Notes under the pieces: generated by a model
The model's database searches: none
What the model was told of the DNA's origin: nothing
What the model saw: the letters and a program-made list of their open reading frames with translations, nothing else
Source: Gammaproteobacteria bacterium
GTDB taxonomy: Bacteria; Pseudomonadota; Gammaproteobacteria; Magnimaribacterales; TMED112
Direction of reading: 5' to 3'
Assembly (NCBI GenBank): GCA_002716745.1
Contig: PBBW01000005.1
Coordinates: forward strand, 184,151-248,150
Length of the DNA: 64,000 bases
Part shown: positions 28,656 to 37,387 of the stretch, one piece after another
Layout of the letters: each line of letters opens with the position of its first letter
Numbering within the stretch: position 1 is the first letter of the stretch
Made by a program: the position numbers and the translations under genes

Positions 28656-30191
28656 ATGAAAGGAATAGCTATAGCTAAAAGCCAACACCACATAAATAAA
28701 TCTTTTTATCTAAAAAATCTTCTAGGAGATAGAATTCTTGACATAATCTCATTCAGGTCGAAGTCTTTCAACGGCGAACATTTTTTTAAAAATAAAAGAA
28801 AAGTTAGAAGCATCAAGAGTTTTAAGCAAATTGAAAAGATATTTTCAAAAATTGACTTTGTGATTATCTTTGGCTTTCATGCTAACAAAGATAACATTGA
28901 ATTAAAAAACATATCTGATAAATACAATGTAAAACTTATTCTTTTTCAAGAAACCCACATGCTAACAACTCACTTGGGAAAGATATATAACATCATCATG
29001 AATCCAGATTATCTAATTCCCTCCTCAGATTTTGAGAATGAAATGATTGAAGAGGGTAAATATTTCCCTAAGGAGAGATTAAAAAATTTTGGTAACATCT
29101 TTGGACAGAATTATTTAAATTTCTTACATGATAAAATCGAAAGAAGAAAACAAAAAAACCTTTTATTGGTGTTCTCAGCACCTATTAACCTTGACCCTAT
29201 TGATGGAGAAACTTTCGAACAAAGATTGGCAATCATAAAATATTTCCAAGATAAAAAAGCATTTAAATCAATTATACTTAGGCTTCATCCATTTGAAGAC
29301 ACAAACTCTTTTCTAAGTTTTTTGAGTAAAAATAAAATTAAACTTTTCTTAGATGATCATAATATTAGTTTATTTGAAAGTTCCTTAGGATACTCAAATG
29401 TTGTTTCTTCCACCACATCAGAGTCCCTTTTTGAAATAATCTATAATCCATCAAGTGATATATTTATATATAGCCGCGATAAAACTTCCATAATTTCAGA
29501 GATGTTTTTAAACGAAAAATCAATTTATATTGATGCAGACCTTAATCTTGTTTTAAAGAAACTGGAAAATAAAAAACTTATTGAAAGATTCAAAAAAATG
29601 TTATCTGGTGGGGAAGATCCTCACATAGAAAAGTTAAAACTATTTTTTAGTAAAGAAAAAAAACATTACAAAGAATTTATTCTTACTCAAGGATGGGATG
29701 ACTTTTTCTCATTCAATTATAAGAGTACCAAGGATTTATCTAAGATATACAAGATTAATGTGCCAGAGGTTAGAGATGGAAACATTATTAATCAAATTGA
29801 GCAAAGCGATACATTCTCTGCAAAAGCATTAAGAATCCAGGCACTTTCACAAACTATAGTTTCAAATTTTAGAGTGAAAATAACTCAAGAATTTGCTCAA
29901 AAAATTTCAGAAAAAATTTTTGTTTCTTCAATGGTTAAAAACTTTAAAATTCAATCCTTAATTTTTTGGCAATATATTAGATTCCATAACTTTAAATTAA
30001 ATTTTTCAAAAATTGAGCTCCAGAGAGAGGTAATATTTTTAGTCGAAAGAGATTTCTATAATAAAAATCTCGCATTAAAAATTGCATTTAAAATCTTAAA
30101 TTCAACCATGATAATTCTACGATTTAGTGCCTTTAAATTTTTAATAAGGTCTAAGGTTTTAAAATTACTTCTATTCATAAAAAATAAATAA
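28656..30191 (+). CDS. Uncharacterised 511-aa protein, possibly a GT-B-like glycosyl/phosphotransferase with a hydrophobic/basic C-terminal tail
   Basis: 'LLLVFSAPINLD...ILRLHPFED...NVVSSTTSESLFEII' parallels the motif order seen in ORF 24353..25987. Confidence 0.3.
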   Translation: MKGIAIAKSQHHINKSFYLKNLLGDRILDIISFRSKSFNGEHFFKNKRKVRSIKSFKQIEKIFSKIDFVIIFGFHANKDNIELKNISDKYNVKLILFQETHMLTTHLGKIYNIIMNPDYLIPSSDFENEMIEEGKYFPKERLKNFGNIFGQNYLNFLHDKIERRKQKNLLLVFSAPINLDPIDGETFEQRLAIIKYFQDKKAFKSIILRLHPFEDTNSFLSFLSKNKIKLFLDDHNISLFESSLGYSNVVSSTTSESLFEIIYNPSSDIFIYSRDKTSIISEMFLNEKSIYIDADLNLVLKKLENKKLIERFKKMLSGGEDPHIEKLKLFFSKEKKHYKEFILTQGWDDFFSFNYKSTKDLSKIYKINVPEVRDGNIINQIEQSDTFSAKALRIQALSQTIVSNFRVKITQEFAQKISEKIFVSSMVKNFKIQSLIFWQYIRFHNFKLNFSKIELQREVIFLVERDFYNKNLALKIAFKILNSTMIILRFSAFKFLIRSKVLKLLLFIKNK

Positions 30192-30215
30192 AACTTGATT
30201 TATGTATAATAAGTT

Positions 30216-30521
30216 ATGAAAAAATATAAATCTCTTAAAGAATTCTATCCTTATTATTTAAGTGAACATAGTGGAAAAAACACTAAATTGTGTCATTTTA
30301 TAGGCACAGCGTTAACATTTCTTTTCCTATTTATTTTTTTAGCGACTTTTAATGTTTTATACTTACTATTAATACCTCTTTCTGGGTACGGTTTTGCATG
30401 GGTTAGCCACTTTTTTATTGAAAAGAATAAGCCTGCAACTTTTACTTACCCATTCTTTAGTTTAGTCAGCGATTACATAATGTTTTTTGAGATATTGCGT
30501 GGCAAGCACAAAATTTTTTAA
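30216..30521 (+). CDS. DUF962 (Mpo1-like) small membrane protein
   Basis: 'FYPYYLSEHSGKNTKLCHFIGT' and 'SHFFIEKNKPATFTYPFFS' match the DUF962 pattern. Two transmembrane segments. Confidence 0.6.
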   Translation: MKKYKSLKEFYPYYLSEHSGKNTKLCHFIGTALTFLFLFIFLATFNVLYLLLIPLSGYGFAWVSHFFIEKNKPATFTYPFFSLVSDYIMFFEILRGKHKIF

Positions 30522-31330
30522 TCTAAAATATTTGCTTCGAAATTAAGCACTACCGGACAATGATCAGAGGGTTTCTCCATAGCTCTTATGTCATGGTCTA
30601 TTTCTGATGAAATATACTTATCGGTAAGTTTCTCCGAAATCAAAAAGTGATCAATTCTTAAGCCCCTTTTTGGATCTTGATCAAATCCTCTTGATCTGTA
30701 ATCAAACCAAGTACACTTTGTATTATCAGGATTTCTTTTGCGCCACTCATCTACTAACCCAAGATTAACAAGCTTTTCATACCATTCAATTTCCTCTGGC
30801 AGAAATGCAGTATGACCCTCTCTCAGCCACCTCTTAATCCCATCTTCTTTCATGCCAATATCATTTCGGTTTGGCGCAATGTTAAAATCTCCGGTTAAGA
30901 CAACATGAGAGTCAAGATTTTTAACGTGGTTAGTTATTCTTTTGTAGTATCTTTCTTTATAGGGAAACTTATCGGGATGTTTTCTATTTTCACCTTGTGG
31001 AAAATATGAGTTACAAATAGAAATTACTCCTATATCTGTTCTAAAGTCACATTGAATAAATCTCTTTTGCGCTTCGTCAACACCTCCATTTAAGCCCTTT
31101 ATTGTATTAAAAGGAGCTGATTTTGAAAAAATAGCTACTCCATGGAATCCCTTTTGACCATAATTTGCATACTTATATCCTAGATCCAGAGGTATTGATT
31201 CTGGAAAATCTTCATCACTGACCTTTATTTCCTGCAAGGCAATTACATCTGGATCATATTTATTCTTAATTTCAAAAAGTTGATGTGGCCTCGCTCTCAA
31301 GCCATTGATATTGAATGTGATTATTTTCAT
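30518..31330 (-). CDS. xthA: Exodeoxyribonuclease III
   Basis: 'MKIITFNINGLRAR', 'ALQEIK', 'LTGDFNIAP' and the C-terminal 'RIDHFLIS...PSDHCPV'. Confidence 0.9.
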   Translation of the reverse strand: MKIITFNINGLRARPHQLFEIKNKYDPDVIALQEIKVSDEDFPESIPLDLGYKYANYGQKGFHGVAIFSKSAPFNTIKGLNGGVDEAQKRFIQCDFRTDIGVISICNSYFPQGENRKHPDKFPYKERYYKRITNHVKNLDSHVVLTGDFNIAPNRNDIGMKEDGIKRWLREGHTAFLPEEIEWYEKLVNLGLVDEWRKRNPDNTKCTWFDYRSRGFDQDPKRGLRIDHFLISEKLTDKYISSEIDHDIRAMEKPSDHCPVVLNFEANILD

Positions 31331-31332
31331 AC

Positions 31333-33273
31333 TTATCCTCTTCCAATCATATCTAGAAGTACCTCTAAGGATTGCTCAATAGCCTCATCGATAACAATGT
31401 CTTCAACTTCATAACTAAGAAAATCTTCATAATTTTTGAATTGAGGTTTTCCTGCAAGCTCTCTTCTTAAGTTGGCAAGGTCTAGATTTTTTTCCTTTCT
31501 TTCCTGCTCAATTAAAAATCTCTCATCAAACTTAAGGGGAATATCCTCGTTGTTTTCGTTTATCCTCTTCATTTCATCAATAAGTGCAAATAAAGGAGAA
31601 GCAGAGATTCTGGATGAGTGGTTTTCCGCTATATAAGAACCCCATTCATTATTGAATGAAAAGTAAGTAGTGCTATCAATAGAGGAGGGCATAAGGGCAT
31701 TATTATATTTTTTCTCACCAAAGTCTTCAGAGTTTAACAGTGCTGGAAGTTCTAAGTCTGGTGTTACTCCAAAAATTTGTGTTGGCTCTCCACTTATTCT
31801 GTAATAAAGAGAATCAGTAAACTTAAACTGTCCATTTAAAGTTGTTTCAAATCTTTGGACACTTCCTTTGCCATAGGTTTCTTGGCCAATAATTAAAGCT
31901 CTTTTATAATCTTGAAGCGCTCCAGCAAATATCTCAGAGGCTGATGCAGAAAATTTATTTACCAAAACTACAACGGGTTTGCTCCATGCTCTTCTAGTGC
32001 TCCATGTGCTGAACACATCAATTTCATTATTGGAATTTTTAATTTGAACAGTCGGGCCAGCATTTATGAAAAGCCTAGTTAATAAATCTGCTTCATAAAG
32101 AAATCCACCCCCGTTATTTCTTAGATCAATTACAACCCCATTAACCTCTTCTGATTTAAAATTAACAAGAATTTCTCTTACATCATTTCCAGCACTTTTA
32201 CATGTATAAGGGTTGCTTAAATTCAAGCACTCAGCATCACTGTAAAATGATGGAAGATTAATGTAGCCTAATCTTTGTTCATTCTTTTCAAAAATTTTGA
32301 AGGAAGCATCGCTTTCTTCCAGTACAACTTTCCCTCTTTCAAGTCTTACAATTTCATTGCCTGTTTCATTCTGGATCTGAAGCTTAACAACTGTTCCCTC
32401 TTCGCCTCTAATTTTCTCGACAATATCATCAAGTCGCCACCCAACAACTCTTATTATTCTTCCATTATCTCCTTGCCCAACACCAACAACTCTGTCACCT
32501 ACATTGATTTTATTTGAGTTAATTGCAGGGCCTCCTGGCATGAGCTCTTCAATTTTTGCAAATTCATTTTCATAGCTCAGAATTGCACCGATACCCTCAA
32601 AACTAAGATTCATCCTTAGGTTCCAGTTTTCAAGATCTCTAGTAGAAAAATATTGGGCGTGTGGATCAAGCAAAGATAAGAAATTGTTAGCTAGAATTCC
32701 AAATTTATCTGATGCTCTTAACTTATTGAGAGAGGAGATTCTGTCTTTGTATGTTTGTCTAAGATCACTAAACACAACATTTTTGTCCTTCTCATCTAAT
32801 AATTGGTTAATTATTGAGTTTTTTAAAAATTTTCTATTAAAGTCCTCCATTTCAGCGTAGTTATCAAAATAGTACGCTGGATCTCGTGGAAGATATTCAT
32901 CAATTTCAAAATTGAACTTATGTGACCAAAGAAGGTCTTTTCTAGTTTGTAAGGCCTCCTCATATCGTATGTAAAAAAGATCAGTAATTGCTTTAAGATT
33001 TTCAAAGATTCCCTCTGATTTATTATTTTTAATTACTTCAAGGTCTGTTTGATAGAAGTAAGTTTTTTTTGGATCAAGCTTTTCCAAGAAGCTCAAATAA
33101 AACTCTTTGTTTTCAATACTTTTTTTCTCAAAGTTTAGTATTGAAGAGTTTTCAAAATTTTTTAACAGAGATTCAAACTCTTTCTTGTAGTCAATCTCAC
33201 GTTCATCAAACTCGCTTACACATGCAGTTAAAAATAATAATAAAAATAACTTAAAAAACTGATTCAATTTCAT
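31333..33273 (-). CDS. Carboxy-terminal processing (tail-specific) protease, S41 family, probable lipoprotein
   Basis: PDZ region followed by 'DLRNNGGGFL', 'VLVNKFSASASEIFAGALQDY' and 'GKGSVQ'. Start placed at 'MKLNQFFKLFLLLFLTAC' (lipobox). The longest ORF extends to 33312. Confidence 0.8.
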   Translation of the reverse strand: MKLNQFFKLFLLLFLTACVSEFDEREIDYKKEFESLLKNFENSSILNFEKKSIENKEFYLSFLEKLDPKKTYFYQTDLEVIKNNKSEGIFENLKAITDLFYIRYEEALQTRKDLLWSHKFNFEIDEYLPRDPAYYFDNYAEMEDFNRKFLKNSIINQLLDEKDKNVVFSDLRQTYKDRISSLNKLRASDKFGILANNFLSLLDPHAQYFSTRDLENWNLRMNLSFEGIGAILSYENEFAKIEELMPGGPAINSNKINVGDRVVGVGQGDNGRIIRVVGWRLDDIVEKIRGEEGTVVKLQIQNETGNEIVRLERGKVVLEESDASFKIFEKNEQRLGYINLPSFYSDAECLNLSNPYTCKSAGNDVREILVNFKSEEVNGVVIDLRNNGGGFLYEADLLTRLFINAGPTVQIKNSNNEIDVFSTWSTRRAWSKPVVVLVNKFSASASEIFAGALQDYKRALIIGQETYGKGSVQRFETTLNGQFKFTDSLYYRISGEPTQIFGVTPDLELPALLNSEDFGEKKYNNALMPSSIDSTTYFSFNNEWGSYIAENHSSRISASPLFALIDEMKRINENNEDIPLKFDERFLIEQERKEKNLDLANLRRELAGKPQFKNYEDFLSYEVEDIVIDEAIEQSLEVLLDMIGRG

Positions 33274-34162
33274 ATTTCTTCTTTTCTTCCTCGATAATTT
33301 TATCTTTCTCATCCCACACCATCTCTAAAAAAGACCTAAGCTCTTCCCTGAGCGCATCATCGTTAGAATAATCTACTCCTCTAAGCTCTTTTGGTATTTT
33401 GTAGGTATTAATAGTCACACTAGCTATATTCATCTCACCACACAAAAAATTCCAAAAAGACCTTTTTTCTGATTTATATATCAAAGTAATGTCAGTCAAG
33501 GTATCAATATACGGCATAACCTCAAGTGTATAGCCCATACCACCAATCTTTGGAGGCATTAAATTTCTGAATTTACTATTTGAATTAATATACTTTTCTT
33601 TATCAATTCTTGTTCCTTCTATAAAGCCACAAACATTTGTAGGCATTAATTCAAAGACCTTACATGCTTTGAGTGTCGAATTTTTATCAGTCTCAGCCAA
33701 TTTTGGGTTCTTTATTATCTCCTCTTTCTTTCTTCTCCTAACATAAGGCATTGCTAAAGCAATATTTGCAGCCCATGTAATGGGCAGCCACCAAAGCTCA
33801 GATTTCATAAATATCCTGGGGACTGAGGTTTTAAAATTTGTGAAATAACAAAATAGGAAAATATCAGCCCAACTTAAGTGATTTAGAGTTGTAAACTGCC
33901 AAACATTATTTTTCAGATTTTTTGAACCATATACCTTATATTCTGGTTTATGCATTAAATCTTGAATTCTACTATTAAAATATAGGAATAAATTTCCTAA
34001 AACCTCATTTATTTCAATAATTTTCACCTGTAAAGTTTTATTCGGAATATACCTTAGTAACCCTATAGGAATAGTTGTTATTATTACTTGTACAGCATTC
34101 AAAAGAATTAAAACAAAAGCAATGCTACCGATTAAAGTTTTTTTTATTTTATTTTTTGCCAT
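33251..34162 (-). CDS. PlsC-family (lysophospholipid) acyltransferase, YihG-like
   Basis: N-terminal transmembrane segment, the HX4D motif 'NHLSWADIF' and 'GFIEGTR'. Confidence 0.6.
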   Translation of the reverse strand: MAKNKIKKTLIGSIAFVLILLNAVQVIITTIPIGLLRYIPNKTLQVKIIEINEVLGNLFLYFNSRIQDLMHKPEYKVYGSKNLKNNVWQFTTLNHLSWADIFLFCYFTNFKTSVPRIFMKSELWWLPITWAANIALAMPYVRRRKKEEIIKNPKLAETDKNSTLKACKVFELMPTNVCGFIEGTRIDKEKYINSNSKFRNLMPPKIGGMGYTLEVMPYIDTLTDITLIYKSEKRSFWNFLCGEMNIASVTINTYKIPKELRGVDYSNDDALREELRSFLEMVWDEKDKIIEEEKKKYEIESVF

Positions 34163-34920
34163 AATGCTTCTAGTTCCTTAATGTTAAGCTTATCAATCAT
34201 GATATTATCTTTAGCAGCCTCAGTTTCCATTTTCCTAAATCTATTCTCAAATTTTAGATTTGATTTACGAATGATATCTTCTAGCTCAATTTCATAGTGT
34301 CTTGTGAGATTTACTAAAGTAAATATTACATCACCCAATTCGTCCTTGACTCCTTCTTTGCAATTTTTCTTGTTTTCAATTTTTAGCTCTTTAATTTCTT
34401 CATCTAGCTTTTTAAAGACTTCTTCTTTTGTTTTCCAGTCAAACCCTATTCGAGCCGCTCTTTTCTGTAATTTTTTTGCTCTTGTCAGACTTGGAAGATT
34501 TTTTGGAACATCATCCATCAAAGATTCAAGTTTTTTATTTTTCCGTTCATCTGCTTTTATATCCTCCCAAATTTCCAAACTTTCTTGTGACGTATGAGCT
34601 TTGTGATTACCAAAAATATGAGGGTGACGTCTGATGAGCTTGTCATTTAATTCCGATATCACTTCATCAAGCGAAAATAATTTAGCTTCTGCTGCCATCT
34701 CAGAATGAAAAATTATTTGAAAAAGTAAATCACCTAACTCTGATTTTAAAGATTCATAATCTTCTCTTTCAATAGCATCAGCAACTTCGTAAGCTTCCTC
34801 TATTGAACAGCTAGCAATTGATTTAAAATTTTGTGTATTGTCCCATGGACATCCTGTTTCTGGATCTCTTAATCTTCTAAAGGTCTTAATCAGCTTAACT
34901 AAGCTACTATCTAATTTCAT
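34144..34920 (-). CDS. mazG: Nucleoside triphosphate pyrophosphohydrolase MazG
   Basis: Tandem MazG domains: 'CPWD..Q.F.SI....IEEAYEVADAIE', 'ELGDLLFQI' and the second 'ELGDVIFTLVNL'. Confidence 0.85.
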   Translation of the reverse strand: MKLDSSLVKLIKTFRRLRDPETGCPWDNTQNFKSIASCSIEEAYEVADAIEREDYESLKSELGDLLFQIIFHSEMAAEAKLFSLDEVISELNDKLIRRHPHIFGNHKAHTSQESLEIWEDIKADERKNKKLESLMDDVPKNLPSLTRAKKLQKRAARIGFDWKTKEEVFKKLDEEIKELKIENKKNCKEGVKDELGDVIFTLVNLTRHYEIELEDIIRKSNLKFENRFRKMETEAAKDNIMIDKLNIKELEALWQKIK

Positions 34921-35653
34921 TATAAATCTTTTCTAAATCACCATTTATTATAATACTTGCCTCTGAGTCAAATGGAGTCGGATCTTTATTTAAAATAATA
35001 ACCTCTGCTCCATTGTTTTTTGCAATTGTTAACATACTATTAGCTGGAGACACTTTGAGTGAGCTTCCCATCACTATGAAGTAATCACAATTCTCAGACG
35101 CTTTTTTTGCAGAGTTTATCACTGACGTCTTAAGTTTTTGTCCAAAAGATATCGTCCCCACTTTTACATAGCCATTTTTGCAAGATGGGCATATTGAATC
35201 ACCAGTAGTTTTAACATTGAGGTTAAAAAAGTTTTCTGTTTCAAAGGCTTGACCACAATTCAAGCAATATGCATTGAATATATTGCCATGTAACTCAAGG
35301 ACTTGATCTGCATTGCCATCTTCTATTTTATGTAAACCATCAATGTTTTGGGTTATATGGAAATTTTTTTTATTAATTTTTAATAATTTATTAACACATT
35401 TATGCATGTTTGATGACTCAGTTCCTTTAATTTTTTGTTGAATAGCAATATTATTTTCCCAGGATTTTACCCTAGATTCTTTTGAATCTTTAAAGTCTGA
35501 AAAATGAACAGGTTTATTTTTTTCCCAAAAACTATTCTTGTCACTTCTAAAGTCTGGCAACCCACAAGAAGTACTAATGCCTGCACCTGACAAAAATGTT
35601 ATATTATTGTCCCCTTCAAGGATGTGTTTTAAAGTTTTAAAATAGTTGCTCAT
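34907..35653 (-). CDS. cobB: NAD-dependent protein deacylase (sirtuin, CobB-type)
   Basis: 'FLSGAGISTSCGLPDFRS', 'TQNIDGLH', 'LHGN', the Zn ribbon 'CLNC...CPSC' and 'VMGSSLKV'. Confidence 0.85.
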   Translation of the reverse strand: MSNYFKTLKHILEGDNNITFLSGAGISTSCGLPDFRSDKNSFWEKNKPVHFSDFKDSKESRVKSWENNIAIQQKIKGTESSNMHKCVNKLLKINKKNFHITQNIDGLHKIEDGNADQVLELHGNIFNAYCLNCGQAFETENFFNLNVKTTGDSICPSCKNGYVKVGTISFGQKLKTSVINSAKKASENCDYFIVMGSSLKVSPANSMLTIAKNNGAEVIILNKDPTPFDSEASIIINGDLEKIYNEIR

Positions 35654-36497
35654 GTTTAATTATAAAAAAATATTAATTGTTGCTTTTGAGAAAAATAAAT
35701 CAAATACAGCATTAAGTGAAATAAAAGAGATTTTAACTGAAAATAAGTTAGATCATGAAATTTATGATGAATCCAAAGATAATAATTTCTATTTAAGCTT
35801 TGATTTAGTGCTAGTTATTGGGGGAGATGGATCTATGCTCTCTGCTGCTAAGTTGTTTTCAGAACTTGATGTTCCGTTCTTAGGTGTAAATCTTGGCAAA
35901 GTAGGATTTATGGCTGATCTTGGTGCAAATAATCTTAAGGATGATTTAGTGCCAATTTTATCAGGGAAAAATTTAATTGAGGATAAGGAAACAATCAAGT
36001 GTTCTTATGATGGTCGTGAGTATACAGCTTTTAATGAGATAGTCTTACATACTCAAAAAAGCTATAAACTTATGGAATTTGAGGTGGAGATAGATAAAAA
36101 CTTTGTATATCGAAAAAGAGCCGATGGTCTAATAATATCAACATCAAATGGATCAACCGCATATTCACTTTCCGCAGGTGGTCCAATTTTAACCCCTGAG
36201 ACTAACGCATTTGTAATTACAGCACTAAACCCTTTATCTCTTTCAGCAAGGCCTCTTATTGTTCCAAGCAAATCAATGGTTAGTGTAAGTTTGTCTAAAG
36301 CTGTTGACGATCTAGAGAGCTTGATAATTATTGATGGTAATCAAGAAATAAAGATTAAAGATTCAATTAATAATTTCTCGGTAACTAAAAATAATCAGAG
36401 TTTTAAATTATTGCATCCAAAGAACCATGATTTTTTTAAAACGTGTCGAGATAAGCTCAACTGGAGTCTATCTAAATATGAAAATAGCTCTAACTAA
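35652..36497 (+). CDS. nadK: NAD kinase
   Basis: 'VLVIGGDGSML', 'GVNLGKVGF' and 'ISTSNGSTAYSLSAGGPI'. ATG at 35652. The track's TTG at 35646 is also possible. Confidence 0.85.
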   Translation: MFNYKKILIVAFEKNKSNTALSEIKEILTENKLDHEIYDESKDNNFYLSFDLVLVIGGDGSMLSAAKLFSELDVPFLGVNLGKVGFMADLGANNLKDDLVPILSGKNLIEDKETIKCSYDGREYTAFNEIVLHTQKSYKLMEFEVEIDKNFVYRKRADGLIISTSNGSTAYSLSAGGPILTPETNAFVITALNPLSLSARPLIVPSKSMVSVSLSKAVDDLESLIIIDGNQEIKIKDSINNFSVTKNNQSFKLLHPKNHDFFKTCRDKLNWSLSKYENSSN

Positions 36498-36520
36498 CTT
36501 AGTTCTGTATAATCCCCGAG

Positions 36521-37387
36521 ATGGAAATTAAAAAAGCAGTTTTTCCTGTTGCAGGCTTTGGTACAAGGTTTTTACCCGCAACTAAATCTACTCCAAAAGA
36601 AATGCTTCCAATTGTGGATAAACCCTTAATTCAGTATGCAGTAGAGGAAGCAGCAGAAATTGGGGTTGAAGAATTTATTTTCATAACCCATCACGCTAAG
36701 AGCTCTATAGAAAAACATTTTAAAAAAGATGAAGGCCTATTAAGCATGCTGCTTAAAAGTGGCAAAGAGGATTTAGCAAAATCTATAAAAGATATTGGTG
36801 GAAAAAATGCAAAATTCATTTCAATTGATCAGGTTGAGCCAAAAGGTCTTGGCCATGCTATAGGATGTGCTGAACAATCAATTGATGATGATGAGTTTTT
36901 TGCAGTTATTCTTGCTGACGATTTAATTTATAACAAAGGAAATAACGTCTTAAAGCAAATGAAAGATGCTGCGTTTAAAAATAAAAAACAGGTTCTAGCT
37001 TTAGAGAAAGTAAACCAAGAGGATGTTTCAAAATTTGGCGTAGTTTCAGTAGACTCCAGCAAAGGTAGGGTCTCTCACCTTAATGATATTGTTGAGAAAC
37101 CAGATATAGATGAGGCACCCTCAAATCTAGCTGTAGTAGGAAGGTACATTTTTAATAAGAGCATTTTTAAATTCATTGGTGATCAGGCTGGAAAAAACAA
37201 CGAAATTCAAATTACAGACGCTATTCAGAGGGATATTGAAAATTTTATAGGATATGAATTTGAAGGACAAAGATTTGATTGTGGAAGTAAAGTCGGCTAC
37301 TTAAAGGCAAATATCTTTCATGGTCTTGCCAATGATGAACTCAATAAGGAGCTAAAAAACTATTTAAGAGGAATAAGTAATTTATAA
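36521..37387 (+). CDS. galU: UTP--glucose-1-phosphate uridylyltransferase
   Basis: 'KAVFPVAGFGTRFLPATKSTPKEMLPIVDKPLIQY', 'EPKGLGHA' and 'VVGRYIF'. Confidence 0.9.
   Translation: MEIKKAVFPVAGFGTRFLPATKSTPKEMLPIVDKPLIQYAVEEAAEIGVEEFIFITHHAKSSIEKHFKKDEGLLSMLLKSGKEDLAKSIKDIGGKNAKFISIDQVEPKGLGHAIGCAEQSIDDDEFFAVILADDLIYNKGNNVLKQMKDAAFKNKKQVLALEKVNQEDVSKFGVVSVDSSKGRVSHLNDIVEKPDIDEAPSNLAVVGRYIFNKSIFKFIGDQAGKNNEIQITDAIQRDIENFIGYEFEGQRFDCGSKVGYLKANIFHGLANDELNKELKNYLRGISNL

Noticed and set aside
24300-30215. Short inverted similarity between the 24306-24318 and 30203-30215 intergenic sequences (ATAACTTATT versus AATAAGTTAT) as possible island-bounding inverted repeats.
   Set aside because: It is only about 10 nt of pure A/T sequence, which is expected by chance at this composition. 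No further extension of the match is seen.
34144-35653. The adjacent Sir2-domain protein and MazG as a possible NAD-depleting or nucleotide-depleting anti-phage pair.
   Set aside because: The sirtuin is a standard CobB-type deacylase with a complete Zn ribbon and catalytic 'QNIDGLH...HG', and it has no extra effector or sensor domain. MazG is the canonical tandem-domain housekeeping form. Both sit in a tightly overlapped operon with prc-like and xthA core genes.
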